Of a DNA stretch of 64,000 nucleotides, positions 10,601 to 20,550 are shown piece by piece. Numbering within the stretch: the stretch's first letter is position 1; each line of letters begins with the position of its first letter. The position numbers and the translations under genes are program-made. Source of the DNA: an uncultured Lactobacillus sp. (lineage in GTDB: Bacteria; Bacillota; Bacilli; Lactobacillales; Lactobacillaceae). Location of the stretch: NCBI RefSeq assembly GCF_947367125.1, contig NZ_CANBCQ010000003.1:8502-72501 (forward strand), given 5' to 3'. Below the pieces are notes generated by a model. It was not told where the DNA came from, did no database searches, and saw only the letters and a program-made list of their open reading frames with translations.

Positions 10601-11521
10601 TTATTTTCGCCTTTTTTCCTGGATGTAGCCACCAATTCGACCAGCTGAATATTCAACTTGACCTACACGATTACGGACAATTGTTGCATTAACACCAACA
10701 CCCAATAAAAGCAGAACCGCGCCGATATTCAACCATAACATAAAGATAATAAAAGTACCTACAATTCCATAATTTTCCCAAGTAATTGGAAAATGATGCA
10801 AATAAAAGCTAAATAAAACTGAAAGTGCTAACCAGCCAATTACAGTTACGAATACGCCTGGCCAAATCACCCTTTTTTTTAGCTTAATATTAGGCAAAAC
10901 ATAATTCAAATACCATAAAATAAGCACCATCACCAAAATTATCACTGGATAGCGATAGCTAAAAATCTTGCTTATCTCATTAAGTGGTAAATGAAAAATT
11001 GGACCGAAAAAGTTAAGCAATTGTTGCCCAAAAACCAGTGTCAAACAGATCAGCGTAAAAACAAAAATCATTAAACCGGTAAAAATAAAAGTAATGGCAC
11101 GCGTCCAAATAAAATTAAGCATTGATAATTTCAATTCTACTTGGTGAACCCCATAAAGACGATTCTCGCCTAATCTAATTGCATTTACTAAGTTAGACAA
11201 GGACCAAACGGCAAAGATAATACCAAAAGAAATATACCCTGTCGAAGTCGTCTTCAATAGTGAATTAATAATCGGCATAATAAATTTAGAAACCTGGTCC
11301 GGAAAAACTAAATTTATATATTCCGCAATTGGCGCTATATCAATCTGAAATAATGGCAAAATATTTCCGATAATAATAATCATTGGAAAAATCGAAAATA
11401 GGATATAGTAGGCAATAATGATCGAACTAGCAAAAATCTCGCCTTGTGACAAAATTGTCCGCAAGGTGAGAAAAAATTGTCCTATTTTAAAACCAATTTG
11501 GTTTGCCTGACCTTTTTTCAT
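10601..11521 (-). CDS. YihY/BrkB-family membrane protein
   Basis: IAYYILFSIFP, YGIVGTFIIFMLWL, six TM segments. Confidence 0.85.
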   Translation of the reverse strand: MKKGQANQIGFKIGQFFLTLRTILSQGEIFASSIIIAYYILFSIFPMIIIIGNILPLFQIDIAPIAEYINLVFPDQVSKFIMPIINSLLKTTSTGYISFGIIFAVWSLSNLVNAIRLGENRLYGVHQVELKLSMLNFIWTRAITFIFTGLMIFVFTLICLTLVFGQQLLNFFGPIFHLPLNEISKIFSYRYPVIILVMVLILWYLNYVLPNIKLKKRVIWPGVFVTVIGWLALSVLFSFYLHHFPITWENYGIVGTFIIFMLWLNIGAVLLLLGVGVNATIVRNRVGQVEYSAGRIGGYIQEKRRK

Positions 11522-11529
11522 CCATTAGC

Positions 11530-12357
11530 CTAGTCATCCATCTCATCAAAATGAGGGATGTATTTTTCTAAACCATCATATGGACGTTGCAAGGTCAAAA
11601 TCTTAGGACCATCCTTAGTAATAGCAAAGGTGTGTTCAAATTGAGCCGCATTTGAACCATCTGGAGTAGCATAGTATACCCAGTCATCATTTGGATCATC
11701 AACAGTTCTTTGATCAATATGCCAGTCGCCACCAGCTTCAACCATTGGTTCACAAGTAATAGTCATCCCTTCACGTAAGCGAAGACCATGACCAGCCTTG
11801 CCCCAGTGAGGTACTTCTGGATCTTCGTGAATTGATGGTTGAATTCCGTGACCAATTAATTCACGCACATCACCATAATGATTTTCATCTTCAACATAAT
11901 GTTGAATAGCAGCACCAATATCACCAATTCTGTTACCTAAAACAGCTTGATCAATGCCGAGATACATTGCTTTTTTGGTAACTTCGATTAATTTTTTATC
12001 AGCTTCTGAAATTTCACCTACTGGATAAGTAGTGCATGAATCTGATTCATAACCATTTAAGTTGCAAGTTACATCAACCTTAACAATGTCGCCTTCTTTT
12101 AAAATGCGATCTTTTCTTGGTGTTTGGTGGGCAATTTCATCATTGACTGAAATACAAGTACCATACTTGTAGCCTTCAAAGCCTTGTTCTGAAAGACGGC
12201 CGCCGCGACTCTTGACAAAGTCTTGGCAGAATTCTTCAATTTCCCAAGTAGAAATTCCAGGCTTAATTACGTCACGCAAACCTTCAAACATCGTTGCAAG
12301 AAGATGTCCTGAAGCTTGCATCCCTTTAAGTTCACGAATTGATTTAATTGTAATCAA
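11530..12357 (-). CDS. map: Type I methionine aminopeptidase
   Basis: CISVNDEIAH, DVTCNLNGYESD, GHGIQ, CEPMV, AQFEHT. Confidence 0.96.
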   Translation of the reverse strand: MITIKSIRELKGMQASGHLLATMFEGLRDVIKPGISTWEIEEFCQDFVKSRGGRLSEQGFEGYKYGTCISVNDEIAHQTPRKDRILKEGDIVKVDVTCNLNGYESDSCTTYPVGEISEADKKLIEVTKKAMYLGIDQAVLGNRIGDIGAAIQHYVEDENHYGDVRELIGHGIQPSIHEDPEVPHWGKAGHGLRLREGMTITCEPMVEAGGDWHIDQRTVDDPNDDWVYYATPDGSNAAQFEHTFAITKDGPKILTLQRPYDGLEKYIPHFDEMDD

Positions 12358-12570
12358 AATCTTTCTCCTTTTTTGATAAATTTTTTATTTAATTTCAGAT
12401 ATTTCTATTATACCGTTTTAACAATTACTTTTAAAAGATTAGATCAAACTTACTATTTATTCTATTTACCAGTTAAAGAAATTTTTTAAAGTTTCCTAAA
12501 ACTAAGCGCCTTTACACTAGATTCATGTATAATAAGGTGTCGTATAATGCAGTGAAAGGTATGAAAAATC

Positions 12571-13017
12571 ATGAAAGCAAGAATTGTTTATGCCAGCATG
12601 ACTGGTAATGACGAAGATATGGCTGATATTTTAGAAGAAGATCTCCAAGACTATGGCTTTGACGTAGAAACGAGCGATGTTGGTTTTACTGATGCTAGCG
12701 ATTACTTAGATAGTGATCTTTGCATCTTTATCACCTACACTTATGGTGAAGGCACAATGACCGACGAATTAGCTGATTTTTACGGTGAACTAAAGGATTT
12801 AGACTTAACTGGCAAGCATTTTGCCGTATTGGGCTCTGGCGATAAGACTTACGGCAAACACTTTTGTGAAAATGTCTTTGACTATGAAAAAGCATTTAAA
12901 GCTTGTGGTGCAATTGAAATTACTAAACCAGTTACAATTGAAAATGCACCAGACGATGATGCGATTGATGCAATTGACCAAGCTGCAAATGAAATGGCTG
13001 ATAAGTTAAATGGCTAA
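12571..13017 (+). CDS. Flavodoxin
   Basis: YASMTGN, TYTYGEG, VLGSGDKTYGKHFC. Confidence 0.93.
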   Translation: MKARIVYASMTGNDEDMADILEEDLQDYGFDVETSDVGFTDASDYLDSDLCIFITYTYGEGTMTDELADFYGELKDLDLTGKHFAVLGSGDKTYGKHFCENVFDYEKAFKACGAIEITKPVTIENAPDDDAIDAIDQAANEMADKLNG

Positions 13018-13537
13018 TAATAAAAAAGAAGTCACGATGGCTGATCAAGCTCAAATACGACGCTTAGGTCAAAAATTAATTAAACGCCACCGTAATCTAT
13101 GGGTTTATATGATTTTCGGCTTTGTGGCTGCATTAATCAATACCTTAGTTTTTATGATTTTGCATTCATGGTGGCACAACGTAATGGTAATTTCTAACAC
13201 GATTGCCTTCATCGTTTCCAACTTAGCATCTTTTTGGTTTAATCAAAAAGCTGTTTTTATCAATAACGTTGATCATGAACACAGCACTTGGCATAAATTA
13301 GTCGTATTTTTCACTTACCGCGTGATCAGTTTAATTCCTGATACATTGATTATGTTGGTTGGTCTATCTTGGCTACATTTAAATGCCCTCTTAGTCAAAA
13401 TTATCGATCAAGTTTTAGTTGGTATCTTTAACTACCTAACTACCAGATCAGTCTTTCAAAAGCAAGAACATACCATGATTGAACGCGCTAAAATGCGTAT
13501 TCAAGAACAAAAAAATAAAAGAAGCAGTAAAAATTAA
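13010..13537 (+). CDS. GtrA-family membrane protein
   Basis: YMIFGFVAALIN, SNTIAFIVSNLASFWFNQKAVF; overlaps flavodoxin stop. Confidence 0.85.
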   Translation: MANNKKEVTMADQAQIRRLGQKLIKRHRNLWVYMIFGFVAALINTLVFMILHSWWHNVMVISNTIAFIVSNLASFWFNQKAVFINNVDHEHSTWHKLVVFFTYRVISLIPDTLIMLVGLSWLHLNALLVKIIDQVLVGIFNYLTTRSVFQKQEHTMIERAKMRIQEQKNKRSSKN

Positions 13538-13551
13538 GCTGCTTCTCTTTT

Positions 13552-14694
13552 TTATTCAAAATCTTTCGGTTTGCTCTCGCTAGCTTGATTAAAGTAGTAA
13601 TAAATATCATCCATAATTCGATCAGCTGCATGGCCATCGCCATATGGATTCTTAGCATTAGCCATCCGCTCATACTCAGCTTTATCTTCTAACAAAGCAA
13701 GCATTTCTTCGCGGACCTTATCAACTTCGGTTCCCACCAACTTCAAGGTGCCAGCTTTTACGCCTTCTGGACGTTCTGTTGTATCACGTAAAACTAAAAC
13801 CGGTTTACCTAGACTAGGTGCTTCTTCTTGAACACCACCCGAATCAGTCATAATAAAGTAAGAACGTTTAGCTAAATTATGAAAATCTACTACATCAAGT
13901 GGCTCGATCAAATGGATTCTAGGATCACCACCAAGTACTTCATTTGCTACATTCTGTACTCTAGGTGAAAGATGAACGGGATAAATAATTTCCACATCGG
14001 GATGAGAGTCAATTACTTGCCGCATTACCTTAAAGACGCGGCGCATTGGCTCGCCTTGATTTTCTCGGCGGTGCATCGTTACCAAAATCACCTTATTACC
14101 AGGAGTAATTGCATCCATTACTTCATGATGATAATCTTTTTGCACGGTTTGCTTTAAGGCATCAATTGCCGTATTACCAGTAACAAAAATAAAATCAGGC
14201 CGGTGATTTTCCTTAAGCAAGTTTGCCTTACTTAATTCAGTCGGAGCAAAATACAAATCAGCCAAATCATCAGTCATTTGCCGATTCATTTCTTCTGGAT
14301 ATGGCGAGTACTTATTCCAAGTTCGCAACCCAGCTTCTACGTGACCTAAGGTAGTCTGCTCATAAAAAGTAGCCAATGATGCCGCAAAACTAGTCGTCGT
14401 ATCACCATGAACCAAAACGATATCAGGCTGTTCTTTCTTAATTACCTTGGATAAATCAATCGTTACCTTAGAAGTAATTTCTGCCAAAGTTTGATTTTGA
14501 TGCATAATATTAAAGTCATAATCTGGCTTAATTTTAAAAATATCTAGTACTTGATCCAACATCTCACGGTGTTGTGCACTAACGACCGTCACTTCTTCAA
14601 AACGGTCGTCTTTTTTTAATTTCAAAACAAGTGGTGCCATTTTGATTGCTTCTGGACGCGTTCCAAAAACAGTCATTACCTTAATTTTCTTCAT
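13552..14694 (-). CDS. wecB: UDP-N-acetylglucosamine 2-epimerase (non-hydrolysing)
   Basis: FGTRPEAIKMAP, VHGDTTT, GHVEAGLRT, TDSGGVQEEAPSLGKP. Confidence 0.96.
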   Translation of the reverse strand: MKKIKVMTVFGTRPEAIKMAPLVLKLKKDDRFEEVTVVSAQHREMLDQVLDIFKIKPDYDFNIMHQNQTLAEITSKVTIDLSKVIKKEQPDIVLVHGDTTTSFAASLATFYEQTTLGHVEAGLRTWNKYSPYPEEMNRQMTDDLADLYFAPTELSKANLLKENHRPDFIFVTGNTAIDALKQTVQKDYHHEVMDAITPGNKVILVTMHRRENQGEPMRRVFKVMRQVIDSHPDVEIIYPVHLSPRVQNVANEVLGGDPRIHLIEPLDVVDFHNLAKRSYFIMTDSGGVQEEAPSLGKPVLVLRDTTERPEGVKAGTLKLVGTEVDKVREEMLALLEDKAEYERMANAKNPYGDGHAADRIMDDIYYYFNQASESKPKDFE

Positions 14695-14788
14695 TAAAAA
14701 ATCCTCCGCTTAACTTATTTTACTATACCTGATTTTAGACTATCTTGCACCCGCTTTCTGTGTTTTAATGGAAGTATTATATTGAAAG

Positions 14789-14989
14789 TTGGTCGATGCA
14801 TTGAACTCATCATTACTATTATTAATTACAACTGGTCTAATTATTTTGATTGGGACGTTTTGCCTTGTTTTTGGCATGGACAAAAATAGACCTGCTAAAT
14901 CGAGAAAATACTTGCTTTATACTGCACTAATCTGTGTTTTCTTAGTTTGGGGCTTAATTACTGCAATTATGCTCCATCCATTGGGATAA
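14789..14989 (+). CDS. Small two-TM hypothetical protein
   Basis: 66-aa ORF, TTG start, two hydrophobic helices, hairpin downstream. Confidence 0.4.
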   Translation: MVDALNSSLLLLITTGLIILIGTFCLVFGMDKNRPAKSRKYLLYTALICVFLVWGLITAIMLHPLG

Positions 14990-15035
14990 AAAAGAGAAGG
15001 TCATTGGCCTTCTCTTTTTTATTATTTGCATATCA

Positions 15036-15108
15036 TGACCCCGGTGAGATTCGAACTCACCTCTACGGTTTAGGAGACCATTGTTCTATCCAGATGAACT
15101 ACGGGGTC
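15036..15108 (-). tRNA. tRNA-Arg, anticodon CCT (CCA end not encoded)
   Basis: GACCCCG acceptor stem, D arm, ATGGT-CTCCTAA-ACCGT anticodon arm, GTTCGAAT T loop, closing CGGGGTC-A. Confidence 0.95.
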
Positions 15109-15157
15109 AAACCTAAGATTAACTTTACCAAAAAAAGTGGCAATAGTTAATCTTTTT

Positions 15158-16486
15158 TTAGAATTGTGGATTAAAAAATGTTTTTGATTGGTTAGTATCG
15201 GCAATTTTATCGGCTGCTTTAACAAACGGCATCCAAATCAACAAGGCGATAATCATATTTAAAATACTTAATACAATTGCCCGCCAATCATAATTGCAGG
15301 CCAAAAATGAATTAATTATTGGTGGCATAATGCTGGGAACTGCTACCTGAACAGGATTAACCAATCCCATTACGCTGACCCAATATGAAAAAGCTACATT
15401 CACTAGTGGCGCTAATACAAACGGAATCAAGTAAACGGGATTCAACACTACCGGCAAGCCAAAAAGAATAGGTTCACCAATGTTAAAAATTCCCGGTGCT
15501 AATGAAATCTTAGCAATTGTGCGGTAATCACTACGTTTAGAAAACATCAAAATTGCCACAACCAACATTAAAGTTCCGCCCGCACCACCAAACCATGCAA
15601 AAATATCAAATGAGCCTCGTACCCACACATATGGTGGAATGTGCCCGTTACTAATTGCTGTGATATTGTCATTTTGCGCTGTTAGCCAAATTGAATCAAG
15701 AATTGGTGATAGCACGCCTAAGCCATTAAGACCAAAGAACCAACAAAGCTGAATTAACAAGGTGATCACAATTACTGTGCCAAAGCCTTGGCCCCATTTT
15801 ATTAATGGCGTTTGAATTGTGGTTAATAGCCAATTGCCAAAATATTTTCCAGTTAGGCTTTGGAATAAATAATTAACCCCACTTACTCCAAAAATTGCAA
15901 TCATTGCTGGCAACAGTGAATCAAAAGCAGCCTGTTCTGCATGCGGCAGATTCGATGTTACATGCAACATAATTCTAGCTTTATAACAAGCATAATAAAT
16001 GGCAAAACCCAATGAGCCAAATAAAATAGCCGTAAATAAACCGGTGGTAGAAAACTGGCTAATATCAAATGCATTATGCAGCGTAACATTATCACCGTGG
16101 AATTTAATTTTAGCCACATTAGCAATGCTTAATGCAAAAGACGACAGTGACACAATTGCAGCAGCTAATCTATTTCCCTCAAAAGCCTTTGCCAGTTGGT
16201 ATCCTAGCGCTAATGCTAAAAAGAAAGCAAACAATGAAAATGTCCCGCGCCAAACTAAGTTGCTGATCGCAACTAATGGCTGCATCGCAAAAGCAAAGGT
16301 ATGCCAGCCCAAATGGTCACGTGCTGCTTCGACTAAGCTTTTAATTAAAACAGCTAATGAACCTGCCATTGTAATCGGCATCAAGGAGACAAATGCATCC
16401 CGCAAAGCAACTAGCCATCTTACTTGACCTAATCTACTGGCTATTGGCAAAACATAGTCCTCTAGCCACCTAACTAAACGAATCAT
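15158..16486 (-). CDS. PTS lactose/cellobiose-family EIIC permease
   Basis: ALRDAFVSLMP, GGAGGTL, PGIFNIGEPILFGLPVVLNP. Confidence 0.9.
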   Translation of the reverse strand: MIRLVRWLEDYVLPIASRLGQVRWLVALRDAFVSLMPITMAGSLAVLIKSLVEAARDHLGWHTFAFAMQPLVAISNLVWRGTFSLFAFFLALALGYQLAKAFEGNRLAAAIVSLSSFALSIANVAKIKFHGDNVTLHNAFDISQFSTTGLFTAILFGSLGFAIYYACYKARIMLHVTSNLPHAEQAAFDSLLPAMIAIFGVSGVNYLFQSLTGKYFGNWLLTTIQTPLIKWGQGFGTVIVITLLIQLCWFFGLNGLGVLSPILDSIWLTAQNDNITAISNGHIPPYVWVRGSFDIFAWFGGAGGTLMLVVAILMFSKRSDYRTIAKISLAPGIFNIGEPILFGLPVVLNPVYLIPFVLAPLVNVAFSYWVSVMGLVNPVQVAVPSIMPPIINSFLACNYDWRAIVLSILNMIIALLIWMPFVKAADKIADTNQSKTFFNPQF

Positions 16487-17718
16487 TTCTTTCCTTTCAA
16501 GTAATGTGGATGATATCCCTTGTTCTTATTACGTTTCTTTCGCTTTTTAATTTTATTCTTTTTAACAGTCTGCTTAACTGTTTTTTCTTGCGTTTGTTCT
16601 TTTTCTTTCTTAGTCTTGGGCTTTTTAGTAGTTAAATGATAACCAGCAAAATAAACGCGCTCTACCTTAAGTTGATCTGCCAATAATTTTTTCAAATCAC
16701 GCAGATCATGGTCATCACCTAAAGTTACTACATATCCTTCCGCATTCATCCGTCCAGTTCTACCGGCCCGGTGCATATAAGTGTTGGTTTCACTTGGAAT
16801 ATCAAAGTTAATGACATAAGTAACACCAGGAATATCCAAACCACGTGCCGCTAAATCAGTTGCCAAAAGCAGCTTAGTTTTACCTGTAGCCAAATCATTT
16901 AAGGCTTTTTCACGGCGCTCTTTACCAAATTCATTAGCCAATAGTTCAAATTTAGTTTTAGTGTGGCCAAAAATTCCTGCAAAACGCATCATCGTTTTAT
17001 TTGAATCAAAGAACAAAATTCCTTTAAAGTGATCTAACTTAGTCATTCGCTGCAAAAATTCAATTTTATGTTGGTTATCCACTTGTAAGAAATAGTGCTT
17101 GGTAGTTGATTCCTGCTCATTTCTCACATCAATTAATAAGAAATTCCGATTAAAAACTGTTTCGGCATCCCGCGTAATTTCAGAGTCAGTTGCCCCAAAT
17201 AGCAAAATCTGACTATCAGAACCAAGATTTTGCCCTAAAGATGATAGTAATTCCATCTTGGTAAACTCTAAAATATCATCCGCCTCATCAATAATCAATG
17301 TCTTGATCTGCCCTACTTTAATTCGACCACTTGAGAAGAAATCAAAAAAACGACCCGGTGTCGCCACAACTACCTCAGGATGCTTCTTTTTCAAATTATC
17401 TTCTTGTCTTTTGCGATTTCCCGCACCAACTAAACTCACGCCTTTTAAACCTAAAGCATGTATATAAGGATTAATTGCATGACGAATCTGAACCGCTAAT
17501 TCAGTTGTCGGTGCAATAATAACTACGCTATTGGCATCGCCTTGGTTAGCTCTTTCCAAACTGGGAATAGCATAAGCTAAAGTTTTACCAGTTCCAGTTT
17601 TGGCTAAGCCTACTAAGCTAGCGCCATTGCGAATAGCATCATAACTTTCTTTTTGAATTAAAGTCGGCTTTTCTTTATGCTCTTTAATTAAAACTTGTTT
17701 GATTTTTTCTTGATACAT
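16483..17718 (-). CDS. DEAD-box RNA helicase
   Basis: AKTGTGKT, PTTELAVQ, TPGR, DEAD, ARGLD, HRAGRTGR, basic C-tail. Confidence 0.93.
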   Translation of the reverse strand: MYQEKIKQVLIKEHKEKPTLIQKESYDAIRNGASLVGLAKTGTGKTLAYAIPSLERANQGDANSVVIIAPTTELAVQIRHAINPYIHALGLKGVSLVGAGNRKRQEDNLKKKHPEVVVATPGRFFDFFSSGRIKVGQIKTLIIDEADDILEFTKMELLSSLGQNLGSDSQILLFGATDSEITRDAETVFNRNFLLIDVRNEQESTTKHYFLQVDNQHKIEFLQRMTKLDHFKGILFFDSNKTMMRFAGIFGHTKTKFELLANEFGKERREKALNDLATGKTKLLLATDLAARGLDIPGVTYVINFDIPSETNTYMHRAGRTGRMNAEGYVVTLGDDHDLRDLKKLLADQLKVERVYFAGYHLTTKKPKTKKEKEQTQEKTVKQTVKKNKIKKRKKRNKNKGYHPHYLKGKK

Positions 17719-18420
17719 TATTGTGTTAATTGCCCATATTTTTGTTTATATTGACCAACGGTTCCGTTATACGCATACATTGTTACATGGCTGTCTAAGC
17801 CATTAACATTCTTTACGCGTCCGTTAGTAGTATAGCACCAAAAAGAATATTTTATTTGGTGCCTTATTTCCTGATGACATGAACAGCGTTTGTGAATTAA
17901 AATACCCCTGATACTTATGATCAAGTTTAACCATTACCTTTTTTCCACTTGCCTGTAGCATAGCGGCAAAACGTGCCATTGACTGCAAATACTTCGGAGA
18001 ACGAGTCGTTACTGCTGGCACAACTAAGACCGGCAAAGTCCCAGTATTTTGACCAACTTGTTTGAAAAAGTAACGGTAATGCTGCATCGGGGTTGATTCA
18101 TTGCTGTAATAAACTTCACTACCAAAAGCCAGCTTAGTCCCCAAAACCTGATCACGATAAGATAAATAATTTTCATCAAAATATGATCGTCCTTGAGTTG
18201 CTTTCAAATATATAAAGGAAACGCCATTGGATTGTAATTTATGCAAATCAACATAATCAATATCTTGATTCAGCTCAATCCCAATTGCGCTTGAATTAGC
18301 GTCTGGCGGTAAAGTTGTTTGCCGTTTAAAATTGAAAAAGCCAACCAAAAGAAATGCAATCGCCAGAATCAATAAAGTTAAAATTGCTGGCAAAGTATAT
18401 TTATGTCGAAATCTTTTCAT
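17718..18420 (-). pseudogene. Membrane-anchored GH25 (lysozyme M1-like) protein, frameshifted near 17855
   Basis: MKRFRHKYTL...FIYLKATQG... stops at 17824; the C-terminus (IKYSFWCYTTNG...KQKYGQLTQ) continues in another frame and its stop overlaps the helicase ATG (TAATG). Confidence 0.8.
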
Positions 18421-18528
18421 TGACCAAATTCCTCCCTTAATTATTTTAACCGAAAAGCCTATCAATACAAACATTTCCAGTGAATGTGCTAAAATTTAAA
18501 TAATGTAAACGAAGGGCAACAAATAAAT

Positions 18529-19836
18529 ATGAAACGACAAATCTCATTCGGCCAAGCATTGGCCACTGTCGTTGGTTCTGTCATCGGAGCCGGCGTCTTT
18601 TTCAAGATTGGCACAATTACTGCACAAACAGGCAGCACTTCAATGACCCTGTTTGTATGGATTTTAGCTGGACTCATTTCAATTGCATCCGGACTGACTG
18701 TTTCTGAAATCGCAGCTAGTTTAAAAATCAATGGTGCAATCAAGTATCTCGACTATACTTATGGCCGCGTTTGGGGCTTTCTTTTTGGTTGGGCACAAAT
18801 GATTGTCTATTTTCCTGCGCAAATTGGGGCATTAAGTTCGATTTTTGGCGTCCAATTTGTTTCTTTGTTTGGAATCAAGGCAAAATATGCTAATTTAATT
18901 GCGATTTTGCTGGTTTTATTTCTTTTAGGAATCAATCTAATCGGGACTAAATTTTCTAGCAAAATGCAATCGGTTATTACAATTTTGAAAATTATTCCGA
19001 TTGCCCTCATTATCATTTGGGGAATGTTCAATTCCGCTAAAATTCCAGCGCCTATTTTTCCGCTAACTGTAGGAGCAGGACATTCTTTTCCAAACGCAAT
19101 TAGTCAAGGCTTGTTATCTGCCCTATTTGCCTTTGAAGGATGGATTGTCGTAACTAATTTAGCAAACGAGGTTAAAAATCCGGAAAAGGATCTTTCACGA
19201 GCAATCATTGTTGGCTTGTCGTTAATCACTTTAATCTATGTGCTAATCAATTATACTTTTATGACCATTTTACCCTTAGGCCAATTGGTTAACAATAATA
19301 ATGCGGCTTTTGAGGCTTCGATCAAATTATTTGGTCAATTTGGCGGAAAACTGATAACTATCGGCATTTTAATTTCAGTTTATGGAGCAGTTAATGCCTT
19401 CATGCTAACGGGGATGCGCACGCCCTATATTTTGGCTCAAGATAATCTTTTGCCATTTTCAAATAAAATTGGCAAGGCTAATATTCATACCGGTGTCCCC
19501 GTAATCGGTGCAATCATTGTCGATGCAATTGCGATCATCATGATCCTGCTAGGGAACTTTACCGTCTTAACTGACATGTTGGTTTTCGTCATGTGGACCT
19601 TTAACACAATGTTGTCAATTGCAGTAATTATTTTGCGCAAGCGTGAACCTGAATTAAAACGACCTTTCAAAGTGCCATGGTATCCAATTATTCCACTTAT
19701 TTCGATTATTGGTGGAATCTTTATTGTGGTTTCAACAATTATTAACCAATTTATCCTTTCATCCGTCGGTATTGCCTTGACTCTGTTAGGATTACCAATT
19801 TATTATTACATGCAAAAGCAAAATAAAGACGAGTGA
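18529..19836 (+). CDS. APC-family amino acid permease (SteT/YkbA-like)
   Basis: GSVIGAGVFFK, FAFEGW, EVKNPEKDL, RKREPELKRPFKVPWYP. Confidence 0.9.
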   Translation: MKRQISFGQALATVVGSVIGAGVFFKIGTITAQTGSTSMTLFVWILAGLISIASGLTVSEIAASLKINGAIKYLDYTYGRVWGFLFGWAQMIVYFPAQIGALSSIFGVQFVSLFGIKAKYANLIAILLVLFLLGINLIGTKFSSKMQSVITILKIIPIALIIIWGMFNSAKIPAPIFPLTVGAGHSFPNAISQGLLSALFAFEGWIVVTNLANEVKNPEKDLSRAIIVGLSLITLIYVLINYTFMTILPLGQLVNNNNAAFEASIKLFGQFGGKLITIGILISVYGAVNAFMLTGMRTPYILAQDNLLPFSNKIGKANIHTGVPVIGAIIVDAIAIIMILLGNFTVLTDMLVFVMWTFNTMLSIAVIILRKREPELKRPFKVPWYPIIPLISIIGGIFIVVSTIINQFILSSVGIALTLLGLPIYYYMQKQNKDE

Positions 19837-19851
19837 CCAACACTCGTCTTT
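19825..19851. terminator. Bidirectional terminator between the permease and hpt
   Basis: AAAGACGAGTG-ACCAA-CACTCGTCTTT between convergent genes. Confidence 0.7.
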
Positions 19852-19860
19852 ATTCGTTTA

Positions 19861-20430
19861 CTATTTATTAGCATAATGTTGAATAACTTCTGGCTTTAAT
19901 ACGCCAACGTAAGGAAGGTTACGATACATATTCAAGAAGTCCAAGCCGTAACCTACTACAAATTCATTGCCAACCTTTGAACCATAATATTCTAGTTCAA
20001 CGTCAGTAGTTCTTCTTGCTTCTTTATTAAGCATCGCACAACACTTAACACTCTTTGCACCGCGTGCCATAATATGTTCTTTCATAAACTTCAAAGTTAA
20101 GCCTGTGTCAACGATATCTTCCACAATTAAAACATCGCGATCTTTCACATCAGTTACTAGGTCTGATACTACTCTAACCTTGCCAGTTGATTCAAAGCCA
20201 TCACCATAACTAGAAACATCAAGGAAATCTAATTGATGTGCAACGTCCATTTGTCTAGTTAAATCAGTCAAGAAATAAATTGCACCCTTTAAAGCGCCGA
20301 CAACTACCGGCTTTTTACCAACATAGTCTTCACTTAATTGTTTTCCTAAACGAACGCACATTTCATGAATGTCATCTTCTGTGAATAATTTGTGATCTAT
20401 AATTTGGTCAATATTGTCGCCTTTTGCCAT
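19861..20430 (-). CDS. hpt: Hypoxanthine phosphoribosyltransferase
   Basis: LKGAIYF, VSSYG, LIVEDIVDTGLT, FVVGYGLD, YRNLPY. Confidence 0.95.
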   Translation of the reverse strand: MAKGDNIDQIIDHKLFTEDDIHEMCVRLGKQLSEDYVGKKPVVVGALKGAIYFLTDLTRQMDVAHQLDFLDVSSYGDGFESTGKVRVVSDLVTDVKDRDVLIVEDIVDTGLTLKFMKEHIMARGAKSVKCCAMLNKEARRTTDVELEYYGSKVGNEFVVGYGLDFLNMYRNLPYVGVLKPEVIQHYANK

Positions 20431-20550
20431 TTAATCTACCCTTCAATTCATTTACACATTTATAATCCTAATAACCAAAATTATATCATTTTTAAGCAAA
20501 AAAAGCGTCACTTTCGGCGCTTTCTCTGCTTAATCAATCTTTCTATTTCT

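Noticed and set aside
15036-15108. tRNA-Arg as a possible phage or island attachment site
   Set aside because: No integrase, no duplicated tRNA 3' end, and housekeeping genes on both sides
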